A stretch of 61,342 nucleotides of DNA, counting the filler. It is 5 parts of 5 records of this genome, joined end to end, with 100 filler letters (N's around TTAATTAATTAA, not from the genome) between each part and the next. Parts side by side here need not be neighbours in the genome. Positions count along the whole stretch, not along the records: positions 21,196 to 35,632 come from SRR31147125_711; 4 more parts are not named here. One strand, 5' to 3'. The notes under the pieces are model-generated. The model did no database searches, was not told the origin of the DNA, and saw only the letters and a list, made by a program, of their open reading frames with translations. Positions within the stretch are counted from its first letter, which is position 1, and each line of letters starts with the position of its first letter. Shown in pieces: positions 21,096 through 30,431 of the stretch. The translations under genes were made by a program, and so were the position numbers.

Positions 21096-21195
21096 NNNNN
21101 NNNNNNNNNNNNNNNNNNNNNNNNNNNNNNNNNNNNNNNTTAATTAATTAANNNNNNNNNNNNNNNNNNNNNNNNNNNNNNNNNNNNNNNNNNNN
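21096..21195. other. Artificial contig spacer
   Basis: N44-TTAATTAATTAA-N44, stops in all six frames. Confidence 0.99.
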
Positions 21196-21336
21196 ATGAA
21201 AATCAGGTGCGTCAACATCACAATCAGCTATTATCAAATCATCGATATAGGGTACCATTGAAGAAACTAGTGATGTTTTACCAGTTCCACCTTTTCCTGA
21301 TATAAATACAATTTCGTTAACTTTCACTTGAAACAC
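21196..21336 (-). CDS. MinD-superfamily P-loop ATPase with ferredoxin insert (COG1149-like), 3'-truncated by contig end
   Basis: ISGKGGTGKTS, ADCDVDAPD; second of the usual tandem pair. Confidence 0.85.
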
Positions 21337-22168
21337 TCTCTTTCATCAAAATTCTACTCATTAGATTTTCAAATACCCCTTTGTATTGAGGAAGTTCATT
21401 ACTAAATATTTGTCCTCCTGAATAAAATTTAGCTATCTCTTGATCAAATGGAATCTCTTCTAAAATTTCAATATTTTTCTCAGTACAATATCTATAGACT
21501 TCGTCATCACCTATTCCAGCTTTGTTGACGACAACTCCAAAAGGAATCTTCATTTCATTTAACATTCTAACAACCATCTTCATATCGCTTACGCCAAATG
21601 GTGTCGGTTCAGTTACAACAACAGCAAAATCAACATCATCTACAGCTTCTACTGTTGAACACGATGTCCCGGGAGGACAATCTATTATACTGTGTTCTTC
21701 ATCAAAAGAGCCTTCTTTTAATTTACTGATGATTTTAACACCAGACATTTCGCCAATATTTAAATCCCCGTATAAAAAATGTAGATTTTCATTTGAATTA
21801 CAATCTACAATTTTACCAATTTCTCTCTTTTCATAACTAATAGCATTTACTGGACAAACTAATGCACACCCACCACAGTCATGACAGCTTTCATTAAAAA
21901 CAACAACACTATTTTTTGCAGGGATAATAGCATTATATCTGCAAAATTCACCACACATTCCACATAATGTACATTTTTCTTTATCTACTACTGGATATTC
22001 TTTATATACCAATTTAGTTTTTTTAGTTTTGGCGCTAAAGAATAGATGGGCATTTGGTTCTTCAACATCGGTATCAATTAAGACAGAGTTCTTGGAATTT
22101 ATTGCTAAATTTGTTGAAACAGTTGTCTTTCCAGTTCCACCCTTTCCACTTAAAACAGCTATCTTCAT
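21317..22168 (-). CDS. MinD-superfamily P-loop ATPase with inserted 2x[4Fe-4S] ferredoxin (COG1149-like)
   Basis: SGKGGTGKTT, DTDVEEPN, CTLCGMCGEFC, CHDCGGCALVCP, DCPPGTSC, VTEPTPFG. Confidence 0.93.
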   Translation of the reverse strand: MKIAVLSGKGGTGKTTVSTNLAINSKNSVLIDTDVEEPNAHLFFSAKTKKTKLVYKEYPVVDKEKCTLCGMCGEFCRYNAIIPAKNSVVVFNESCHDCGGCALVCPVNAISYEKREIGKIVDCNSNENLHFLYGDLNIGEMSGVKIISKLKEGSFDEEHSIIDCPPGTSCSTVEAVDDVDFAVVVTEPTPFGVSDMKMVVRMLNEMKIPFGVVVNKAGIGDDEVYRYCTEKNIEILEEIPFDQEIAKFYSGGQIFSNELPQYKGVFENLMSRILMKESVSSES

Positions 22169-22174
22169 AAGTTA

Positions 22175-22549
22175 TTACACTCTCCTTAGCCCAGAGTGTT
22201 CTTCTACAGTTGCAGTTAAAAGCTCTTTTAACTCTCCATTTATATATTTTTCTAATGCAGTTTCAACAGTCTTGATCTCTCCCTGTTGATAAGCTTTTAT
22301 TTCAAATGCTCTTAGTGCAGTTTCTGCTTTTGGACCTAATTGAGGTGCGATTATACACTCAACATCTTCTTTTGCTAGAGTTCTAACTGCCAAACCTCCA
22401 GCTCCTCCAGCTTCATTTTTTGCACTATTTTCTATTATTTTATATTCTTTGTTTTCTGAGTCTGTGATAATAAAATATTCTGCTCTACCAAATCTATCAT
22501 CTAGCTCACTTTCATACTTATTTTCTCTTATACATAAAGCTACTTTCAT
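22175..22549 (-). CDS. NifB/NifX-family (COG1433-like) metal-cluster-binding protein
   Basis: MKVALC...RFGRAEYF...GGAG...GPKA; AGGAG RBS. Confidence 0.9.
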   Translation of the reverse strand: MKVALCIRENKYESELDDRFGRAEYFIITDSENKEYKIIENSAKNEAGGAGGLAVRTLAKEDVECIIAPQLGPKAETALRAFEIKAYQQGEIKTVETALEKYINGELKELLTATVEEHSGLRRV

Positions 22550-22682
22550 ACAATTCTCCTATCTGCAAGAGCTTTGCATAATGTCTAATAACTAAAAAAA
22601 GAATTATGAAAGCTCAAATGAAGTATTTTTACTAAATAAAACATTTAGATTTTCTGTTAAAATTATATTTTAAGAATTTCTC

Positions 22683-23072
22683 TTATTTACAATCATGTCC
22701 ATGGCCATGTTGCCCGTGGTCATGATCATGATCATGATTACAGGCAGATCCTGTAGATTCTAAATTACCTGATAAGTATATAGATAAATTATCTTTCATA
22801 GCACCTCTAGCTCCCATGATTACTTCTATATTTTGAGCTTTAAATAGATCAACTGCTCTTTGTCCCATTCCTCCTGTTATTATTACGTTTGCATTATGTT
22901 CTCCTAAAAATCTAGGAAGTAATCCAGGCTGATGTGGTGGAGCAGGGATAAATTCTTTTTTCACTATTTCTCCCTCTTTTGAAACTGTATAAATTGCAAA
23001 TTTTCCACAATGTCCAAAGTGTGCCTCTACATTTACCTCATCATTTGTTGGGAACGCTATTCTTTTTTCCAT
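22683..23072 (-). CDS. NifB/NifX-family protein with His-rich C-terminal tail
   Basis: HFGHCGKF, PPHQPGLLP, GGMGQRA, tail CNHDHDHDHGQHGHGHDCK; ATG 23072 follows AGGAGAG. Confidence 0.9.
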   Translation of the reverse strand: MEKRIAFPTNDEVNVEAHFGHCGKFAIYTVSKEGEIVKKEFIPAPPHQPGLLPRFLGEHNANVIITGGMGQRAVDLFKAQNIEVIMGARGAMKDNLSIYLSGNLESTGSACNHDHDHDHGQHGHGHDCK

Positions 23073-23095
23073 ATTTTCCACTCTCCTTTTTTAAA

Positions 23096-23142
23096 TTAGC
23101 ATATGCTAGCTAAATAATACTACTGTTCTTAGCATATGTCAA
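23096..23142 (-). promoter_or_regulatory. Sigma70 promoter (TTGACA-17-TATTAT) with two palindromic operators
   Basis: TTAGCATATGCTAG (23096-23109) and TTAGCATATGTCAA (23129-23142); the second overlaps the -35. Confidence 0.8.
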
Positions 23143-23215
23143 ATACTTTCTTGTAAAAATTTTGAAAATATTTTAATTTAAAAGTTTTCTTTTAATATTT
23201 ATTGAATCTTCATTA

Positions 23216-23244
23216 TTGACTTTTGAATTTTAGTGTAATAGACT
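23216..23244 (+). promoter_or_regulatory. Sigma70-like promoter of GH31 (TTGACT-17-TAGACT)
   Basis: 17-nt spacer; 23/29 identical to the promoter at 29413-29441. Confidence 0.65.
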
Positions 23245-23366
23245 CATATTGTTGAAGAAGAGAGAAACTAAATATCTAGAATTTCTTTTCATAAATAACT
23301 AAAGAAGTACCAGTGATTTATTCAAAAAATAAAGATATTCTAAATCAAACTTTGGGGGTTGTGTAG

Positions 23367-25667
23367 ATGAAAAACATAATTTTTAGTGCTAGTAGTGGTA
23401 TGAAGTTGAATATAGTGTTTTACACTGATTCCATAGTAAGGTTTTTTTATGGAGAAAAGTTAAAGGAGAACATAAGTGATGCAGTTATTCTTGAACCAGA
23501 AGCAGTGGCGATTATGCAAGATGGTAACAGGCTTATATCAAAATATTTCGATATTGAAGTTAGTGATGAACTATTATTAACTATCAAAGATAAAACCGGG
23601 AAAGTTATTAGTGAAGATACAAAGCTTGCATTTGATACCTGTGAAGAGGAGAAAGCTAAAATTACTGGAAAACTATCGGAAGATGATGACCTGGAGAAAA
23701 GTATCGAGAGTAAAAGTTATGCAAAAGTTTATGCAATAGAACTTTCTAAGGCTCACACTTGGGAAAAAGCTTATTATGGTATGGGAGAAAAATATGGACA
23801 TATTAACTTGCTTAATAGATATACTGAAAATTGGAACACTGATGTAATTGGTGTAACCACATCACATCAAGCTGTACAAAAAATGTATCATACATCAATA
23901 CCATTTTATATTGCAGCTGACGAAGAAAAAGCATACGGAATTTTTTATGATATTTCATATAAAACTTATTTCGACTTTGCGAAGTTTGGCGAGGATATAA
24001 ATTTCAAAGCTGACGGTGGAGAGCTTGATTATTACTTCATCTATGGAAATGAAATCTCAAAGGTAGTAGAAAACTATTCAAAATTAACGGGGACAATGAA
24101 ACTCCCTAGAAAAGACTTCATTGGCTATCAGCAGTGTAGATGGAGTTATATGAACAGAGAAGAAGTTCTGGAGATAGCTAACAACATGAGAGCGTATAGG
24201 GTGCCTTGTGATGTAATATATCTGGATATAGATTACATGCAGGATTATAAAGTGTTTACCATTAACTCTGAGAGTTTTAAAGAATTTAGAGAGATGGCGA
24301 AAGAGCTTCATGAAAAAGGCTTTAAGATAGTTGTAATAATAGATCCTGGGGTAAAAGTTGAAGAGTCATACAGTGTTTATGATTCGGGTATAGAAAAAGA
24401 TTGTTTTATAAAAGATGAAAATGGCGAGGTTTATGTAGGAAGAGTCTGGCCAGGAGACAGTGTATTTCCAGATTTCTTAAATGAGAAAGTTAGAACTTGG
24501 TGGGGAGAGTTACACAAAGAGATAGTTGATATGGGAGTTGATGGTATTTGGAACGACATGAATGAGCTAGCGGATATGTCCAAAGATAGTAAAACAGTGC
24601 CGGAAACGACTTATCATATAGACGATAATGACAACAAGAGAACCCAGAAGGAAATACATAATCTCTATGGTCATTATGAAGCGATATCGACATACAACGG
24701 ATTAAAGAGTATACAGGGCACTAGACCTTTTGTACTTACCCGTGCTGCCTCTGCTGGTACTCAGCGGAACTCTGCTCTATGGACAGGTGATAACTCCTCA
24801 GTTTGGGAACACCTAAAGGCTAGCATCCCCATGCTTTTGAATCTAGGGTTAAGCGCTTACACTTACGTTGGTTCAGATATTGGTGGTTTCCTAGATGACA
24901 GTGATAAAGAGCTGCTTATTAGATGGACTCAACTAGGGGTATTTTACCCTTTGTGTAGAAATCACAGTGTCATAAACTCTAGATATCAAGAACCATGGGC
25001 TTTTGATGCCGAAACACTTGATATTACTAGGAAATATATCAAGCTTCGTTATTCCCTTATTGATTATCTATACTCACTATTTAGAGAGAGTAGTGTTAAA
25101 GGAACACCAATTATGAGACCCTTATTTTACCACTACCAAGATGATGTAGAGACCTTAAATATAGATGATCAATTCCTGTTTGGAGAGGAGATGTTAGTAG
25201 CTCCAATTACTAAGCCCAAACAAAATACAAGATTAATCTACCTACCTGAAGGAACATGGATAGATTATTTCACTGGCGAGGAGTTTGAAGGTAAAAGATA
25301 TATAATTAAAAAAGCAGAACTTGCGGAACTGCCTCTTTTTGTAAAAAAAGGAGCGATTATTCTTAAAAATAAAGAGATGAACTATATCGGAGAAAACTCA
25401 CTACCAAGAGAGATCCACATCTATGCTGGTGAAGATAACGAAAAGGAGTTTTATTTCGATGACGGCTTAACTTTTGATTATCAAAATGGAGTTTGTACAA
25501 AAGTAAAAATTAAACTTGAAGACAATGCGCTACATGTGTCAAAATATAAGGCAAATTATGATATAGGTGATTTAGAGTTGTTTATTCATAATAATAATAA
25601 AATAACAAAAAGAAAAATTAAATTTGATGGTGATAATGAATTTAACTATATAATCGGAGGGGAATAA
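23367..25667 (+). CDS. Glycoside hydrolase family 31 (alpha-glucosidase)
   Basis: YGMGEK, GYQQCRWSY, LDIDYM, VWPG, GIWNDMNE (nucleophile), WTGDN (acid/base), GSDIGGF, RNH. Confidence 0.95.
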   Translation: MKNIIFSASSGMKLNIVFYTDSIVRFFYGEKLKENISDAVILEPEAVAIMQDGNRLISKYFDIEVSDELLLTIKDKTGKVISEDTKLAFDTCEEEKAKITGKLSEDDDLEKSIESKSYAKVYAIELSKAHTWEKAYYGMGEKYGHINLLNRYTENWNTDVIGVTTSHQAVQKMYHTSIPFYIAADEEKAYGIFYDISYKTYFDFAKFGEDINFKADGGELDYYFIYGNEISKVVENYSKLTGTMKLPRKDFIGYQQCRWSYMNREEVLEIANNMRAYRVPCDVIYLDIDYMQDYKVFTINSESFKEFREMAKELHEKGFKIVVIIDPGVKVEESYSVYDSGIEKDCFIKDENGEVYVGRVWPGDSVFPDFLNEKVRTWWGELHKEIVDMGVDGIWNDMNELADMSKDSKTVPETTYHIDDNDNKRTQKEIHNLYGHYEAISTYNGLKSIQGTRPFVLTRAASAGTQRNSALWTGDNSSVWEHLKASIPMLLNLGLSAYTYVGSDIGGFLDDSDKELLIRWTQLGVFYPLCRNHSVINSRYQEPWAFDAETLDITRKYIKLRYSLIDYLYSLFRESSVKGTPIMRPLFYHYQDDVETLNIDDQFLFGEEMLVAPITKPKQNTRLIYLPEGTWIDYFTGEEFEGKRYIIKKAELAELPLFVKKGAIILKNKEMNYIGENSLPREIHIYAGEDNEKEFYFDDGLTFDYQNGVCTKVKIKLEDNALHVSKYKANYDIGDLELFIHNNNKITKRKIKFDGDNEFNYIIGGE

Positions 25668-25963
25668 TGGCAATATTAGAGATAGCAGTACTTCCAGTTG
25701 GGACAGAGACTAGCTCTGTAAGTAAATATGTGGCTGAGTGCCAAAATAGACTAGAAAAATCAGGGCTAAAATACAGCCTGAATCCAATGGGAACAGTGAT
25801 AGAGGGCGATATAGATAGTTTGTTAAAGATAATAAAGGAATTACACGAATCACCTTTTGCAAAAGGAGCCAAGAGAGTATATACAAATATGCGCCTGGAT
25901 GATAGACGTGATAAGGAAGCCAGTATGGAGCAGAAATTAGAGTCGGTAAATAGTAAATTATAA
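25667..25963 (+). CDS. MTH1187/YkoF-like thiamine-binding protein
   Basis: PVGT..SVSKYVA, PMGTVIEG, HESPF..GAKRV, DDRRDK; TAATG overlap with GH31. Confidence 0.9.
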   Translation: MAILEIAVLPVGTETSSVSKYVAECQNRLEKSGLKYSLNPMGTVIEGDIDSLLKIIKELHESPFAKGAKRVYTNMRLDDRRDKEASMEQKLESVNSKL

Positions 25964-25965
25964 TA

Positions 25966-26007
25966 AAAAAGAGGCTTAGATAGAATGTTTTCTAGCTAAG
26001 CTTCTTT
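25966..26007. terminator. Bidirectional terminator between convergent genes
   Basis: AAAAAGAGGCTTAG.TAGAA..TTCTAG.CTAAGCTTCTTT hairpin. Confidence 0.65.
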
Positions 26008-26028
26008 CGGGGAGGTATATGAAAAAAA

Positions 26029-27666
26029 TTAATCTAATTCAATATACTTAAAATACTCAAAATCACAATATAAATTTTGACCCGTCATATCCTGACAAGC
26101 CATTCCAACAAATGTACCGGTGAAGCCCATTGGTGTAGCATATTCGTCAGAAAGAATACTTGAATCAAACTCCTTATCTATATAGATATAGCTTAATCCG
26201 TCAAATGAATAACTGAACTTTAATTTTCCATAATTAATATGTACTCTCAGATATACTTTTAATTGCGAACTATCTATTTTAATTTCATTTTTACCAAGAG
26301 GCATGTCAAGTTCTCCATTATCGAAGTTCATGATTCCTAGTGTTCTTTTCTTTAACTTTTCGTCATATGTAACTCGAAGATAAAACTGATTATCTTCGTT
26401 GTATTTAATTAACAAACCAGCCATCTGCTGAAAAGAGTATGGAAAGTACTCAATTACTGTTTCGGCAACAAATACAAAACTTTGCTGTCTTCTGGCGATA
26501 ACTGCTTGATTAAACTTTGATGAAAGAGATTCCTTCCCATGTAACCTTAGATAGCCCCTTCTGGATTTTAAATCAGCAAATTTCTCTTTGGGAACTCTAA
26601 GCGACTGGAAATAAAGTGGAAGTTCTAGTTCTTCAAAATTATCATAGAACTTAGTTTTTCTATTTTGTAATTCAACACCCTCTATCTCTATAAATTCATC
26701 AGGTTCATTACTGCCATTTACATGATACAACCAATCGTCTGATCTCCATTCAAATTTTTGTAATGATGTTTCTCTTCCCAAGGGACAAAGCCCTCTAGGA
26801 TTGTCTTTATCAATTTTTTTACCACAATCAATTAATCTATTTAATGCATCGGTTTTACCAATTTTTCTACCACCAAGATGTGCCATATACCAGTAACCAT
26901 CTTTACCCTCACAGATACTAGCATGACCTGCCTTCTGTATGATTAAATCAGGGTTATTCCACGATGTAAGTATTGGATTTTGTGGATGAACCTCATATGG
27001 ACCATCGATATTTTTTGATCTGGCTAATGTAACACTGTGTCTATAACCAGTTCCACCTTCTGCTGTAAGGAGATAATAATAACCGTTTCTTTTATACAAA
27101 TGAGGGCCTTCAGTTAGCTCGATCTCTGTTCCTTTAAAGATATTTCTAATCTCGCCAACGAGTTTTTGTTCGTGATCATATTCTTGCAACAGAATACCAT
27201 CAAATTGATTTTCGCCTGGAATATGATTCCAAACCATGTTTAGAAACCACTTTTTACCGTCGTCGTCGTGAAAAAGTGAAGGGTCAAAACCACTACTGTT
27301 CATAAAGATTGGCTCGCTCCAATCTCCCCTGATGTCCTCAGTTGTAACCAGATAATTATGGCTGTCTTTAAATGCACCAGTCCAGTTTTTAACATCAGTA
27401 TAAATTAGGAAAAAAGTTCCGTCACAGTAGCTAAGGCATGGTGCCCATATTCCACCTGAACTAGGATTTCCTATCATATTTAACTGGGAAACTCTATTTA
27501 GAGGTGTAGAGATAAGCTCCCAATTAGCTAAATCTTTTGAATGATATATTTGTACTCCTGGAAACCATTCAAAAGTTGAAACAGCAATATAAAAATCTTC
27601 CCCAACTCTTAATATAGAGGGGTCAGGATTGAACCCTCTTAAGATAGGGTTTTGTATTGTTGCCAT
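26029..27666 (-). CDS. Glycoside hydrolase family 43 beta-xylosidase (cytoplasmic)
   Basis: NPILRGFNPDPS, STFEWFPG, WAP, SGFDPSLFHD, TEGPH, AEGGT, GRET; C-terminal GFTGTFVG. Confidence 0.95.
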   Translation of the reverse strand: MATIQNPILRGFNPDPSILRVGEDFYIAVSTFEWFPGVQIYHSKDLANWELISTPLNRVSQLNMIGNPSSGGIWAPCLSYCDGTFFLIYTDVKNWTGAFKDSHNYLVTTEDIRGDWSEPIFMNSSGFDPSLFHDDDGKKWFLNMVWNHIPGENQFDGILLQEYDHEQKLVGEIRNIFKGTEIELTEGPHLYKRNGYYYLLTAEGGTGYRHSVTLARSKNIDGPYEVHPQNPILTSWNNPDLIIQKAGHASICEGKDGYWYMAHLGGRKIGKTDALNRLIDCGKKIDKDNPRGLCPLGRETSLQKFEWRSDDWLYHVNGSNEPDEFIEIEGVELQNRKTKFYDNFEELELPLYFQSLRVPKEKFADLKSRRGYLRLHGKESLSSKFNQAVIARRQQSFVFVAETVIEYFPYSFQQMAGLLIKYNEDNQFYLRVTYDEKLKKRTLGIMNFDNGELDMPLGKNEIKIDSSQLKVYLRVHINYGKLKFSYSFDGLSYIYIDKEFDSSILSDEYATPMGFTGTFVGMACQDMTGQNLYCDFEYFKYIELD

Positions 27667-27854
27667 ATTTATCCTCCTTAAATCTTGTGATTAACTTTTT
27701 TTATTGAATAATAATACGTGTAATAGGATTGGAGAGTGACCGAAAAATCTATTTTCAATTTATTAATTTTTGATACTTTTCGGGCACCCTGCTCAAGTAT
27801 GATGAAAACTTAGTGCAAGCTATGATTGGACACATGCAAAATATATTTGGAGAA

Positions 27855-29147
27855 CTAATTAACTTTTAAATTAGGGAATGCGTTTGATACTTTATCTTTG
27901 AATGATTTAACTGCTTCATCTTTTGTACTAGAACCATCTAAGTATTCTCTGATTGAGTTTAACATCATTAAATTGATATCTTGGTCATATTGAGTTTCAA
28001 GACCTGGAGTTATATTTTTAGCTTCTTCCATGAAGAATTTATAGTGATTTTGACCTGCTAAGAACTCAGTTCCAGCTTCATTTGCTAAAATATTATCAAT
28101 TGGAAGATTTGACATGAAATCTCCAGTTTCTCTAGTGTAATGTTCCATATATTTATTTTGAATAGCTAATTTCTCTAAGAATTGAAATGCAAGATCTTTT
28201 TGCTTAGATTTAGAGTATATACCTATCCAAGTTCCTCCCCAGTAATATGACGAAGGACCTTTTGCAATTGCCCAATCTCCTGATGTATCTGGAGCATTTT
28301 TCTTGATAACATAGTGGAATCCCCATGTTGGTAAGAAATAACCGAAAACTTTATTATCTTTCATGTTAGCAAACCATGCTGGAGTCCATTGATTAACTTT
28401 TGCAGTAAGGTCTTCATCTCTTAATGTTTTCGAGATTTCAAAATAATTAAGCATTGCATCATCGATAATAAACTCTTTATTTTCATTTACCCACCCGTGT
28501 TTTCTTCCAGCTTTTGCAATCCATTCGTAATCAGCAAAACCAGTTAACATTTTAACTTCTCCATTAGATTTTGCTTTCAATAATCTAGCTATTTCTAAGA
28601 ATTTTTCAGGAGTTGAAATAAGCTTAGAGACTTCTGCCGGATCATCAGTTCCTAAATATTTTTTTGCTAAACTTCTTCTATAAAAATATCCGCCAGGTGT
28701 TGCTTGCCAAGAGACAGCTCTTAAAACTCCGTTTTTATCTCTCCCCATATCAACAACATAGCCGGGAGCTTGATCTTCATATTTTTTAACTTTTTCAGGA
28801 GAAATTTTATTTAAATCTTCCCAGAATTTTGTGTCTACCCATTTTTTTACCGAAGCCATCTCCCCTAAGAATAGGTCGGGTGCTTCTACACCTGATCTAA
28901 GTACAGGTTTTAATTTAGTTGGGTAGTCTTCATCTGGTATGATAGTAAATTCTACTTCTACACCAGGGTTTTCTGCTTTAAAATCATCAACAACAATTTT
29001 TAGCTCATCTGTAAAAGCCCAAATTTTTAAAACTTTTGATTCATTTTTCTTCTTTTTTCCAAATAATCCAGAAAAAATTCCCGCTTCTGCTGTCATAAAT
29101 AATGCCAAAGTAAAAATAAGCAAACTAACTAGTCTCTTAAACCTCAT
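27855..29147 (-). CDS. ABC transporter oligosaccharide-binding protein (SBP family 1)
   Basis: Signal peptide; LKIWAFT, APDLF, YFYRRSLA, SGDWA, WGGTWIGI. Confidence 0.9.
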   Translation of the reverse strand: MRFKRLVSLLIFTLALFMTAEAGIFSGLFGKKKKNESKVLKIWAFTDELKIVVDDFKAENPGVEVEFTIIPDEDYPTKLKPVLRSGVEAPDLFLGEMASVKKWVDTKFWEDLNKISPEKVKKYEDQAPGYVVDMGRDKNGVLRAVSWQATPGGYFYRRSLAKKYLGTDDPAEVSKLISTPEKFLEIARLLKAKSNGEVKMLTGFADYEWIAKAGRKHGWVNENKEFIIDDAMLNYFEISKTLRDEDLTAKVNQWTPAWFANMKDNKVFGYFLPTWGFHYVIKKNAPDTSGDWAIAKGPSSYYWGGTWIGIYSKSKQKDLAFQFLEKLAIQNKYMEHYTRETGDFMSNLPIDNILANEAGTEFLAGQNHYKFFMEEAKNITPGLETQYDQDINLMMLNSIREYLDGSSTKDEAVKSFKDKVSNAFPNLKVN

Positions 29148-29412
29148 TTAAATCCTCCTTAAATTAACAGCTCATCTTTTTAAAGTGAGTTGAAATAGTA
29201 GTTAAAAAAACACAGACCTAAACACGCGTTTATAACTCTGATTAAGTTATACAACTATTTTTCCAATAAATCAAGTTTTTTTAAAAAATATATTTTGAAA
29301 ACATGTAAAAAATATAGACTAATAGTGCTGAAAAAAGACAGTTGCTAGAATAATAAAGAAGTTTAAAAGTAATAGAGGTTTAAAATTATAAAAATAACCA
29401 TTAATGTCAGTG

Positions 29413-29441
29413 TTGACTTTCAAAACTTAATGTACTAGACT
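29413..29441 (+). promoter_or_regulatory. Sigma70-like promoter of the sensor operon (TTGACT-17-TAGACT)
   Basis: 17-nt spacer, upstream of AGAGG RBS and ATG 29474. Confidence 0.65.
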
Positions 29442-29473
29442 GGTAATATTAGAAAGAGTTAAGAGAGGTTAAA

Positions 29474-30409
29474 ATGATGAGGAAAACCGTATATATTTTG
29501 ATTTTTATAGTGTTGTTGTTAATCGTTATATTGTTTCGAATAAACAAGGGTGTAGAGAGTGATAATGTATTGAATTATAGATATAATTTTTCTGTTATCT
29601 TAGATAATGTAGAAAGTTCTTTTGAAACTGAGATTATTAATGGGATGATGATTGCTGCAAAAGATTTGAATGTATCATTAAATTTTAATACCCCTGATAA
29701 GAGTAAAAGTAGTTATGAAATTAGCGATTTCTTAGATATGAGTATCTTATCAAAACCAGATGGAATAATAATAGCACCTGATAATAGTAAAGAGACATTT
29801 AGACTAATGGAGAAGGCTTACATAGAAAATTTACCTATAATAACCTTGCTTAATGATATAAAAAAACCAGACCAGTACGGTTATAATGGACTTAATAGTT
29901 ATGAAGTGGGAGTTCAGTTTAATAAACTGCTAAATGAAAACAAGAAAAAATATGAAACTTTAAATGTTGCTTTCATTTTTCAGAATGAAAATAGCTCTGT
30001 TTTGAATAAAGGCGAATTTATTGAAGGATTAAAATCAGAAGAACTCTCATATGAAACTTCATTTTTAACCTACCCAGAAGTAGAGTTTGGATCATTAAGT
30101 GCAGAAGAGATAACTCTAAATGTGCTGAAAAAATATCCAGAAGTAAATACATTTATATGCCTAAGCCCCAACGTGGCCTCTGGAACAATTAGGGCTTTGA
30201 TTGATATTAATAAAATACACGAGATTAGTGTAATGAATTTTGGCTATTCGAAAGAGATAAAAAAATACTTGGATAAACAATTGATAGATTATTCAGTAAT
30301 AGCAGATTTTGAAAAACTTGGTCAAAATGCGGTTGAAAATTTGTATTATCTAAAACAGCATAATAGTTATAGAAGCTTATTATATTTAAAACTGGAAATA
30401 TTGGAATAA
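29474..30409 (+). CDS. Membrane-anchored periplasmic sugar-binding protein (LacI/RbsB fold, XylFII-like sensor)
   Basis: N-terminal TM; AAKDLNV, KPDGIIIAP, LPIIT; directly precedes the kinase. Confidence 0.8.
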   Translation: MMRKTVYILIFIVLLLIVILFRINKGVESDNVLNYRYNFSVILDNVESSFETEIINGMMIAAKDLNVSLNFNTPDKSKSSYEISDFLDMSILSKPDGIIIAPDNSKETFRLMEKAYIENLPIITLLNDIKKPDQYGYNGLNSYEVGVQFNKLLNENKKKYETLNVAFIFQNENSSVLNKGEFIEGLKSEELSYETSFLTYPEVEFGSLSAEEITLNVLKKYPEVNTFICLSPNVASGTIRALIDINKIHEISVMNFGYSKEIKKYLDKQLIDYSVIADFEKLGQNAVENLYYLKQHNSYRSLLYLKLEILE

Positions 30410-30431
30410 ATAAAAGTGTAGGAGTAATTTT

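Noticed and set aside
21140-21151. TTAATTAATTAA palindromes as biological repeats
   Set aside because: Identical linker centred in N-runs four times; assembly artefact.
21196-23072. Nitrogen fixation genes
   Set aside because: NifX-fold proteins and these ATPases occur widely in non-diazotrophs; no nifHDK/ENB present.
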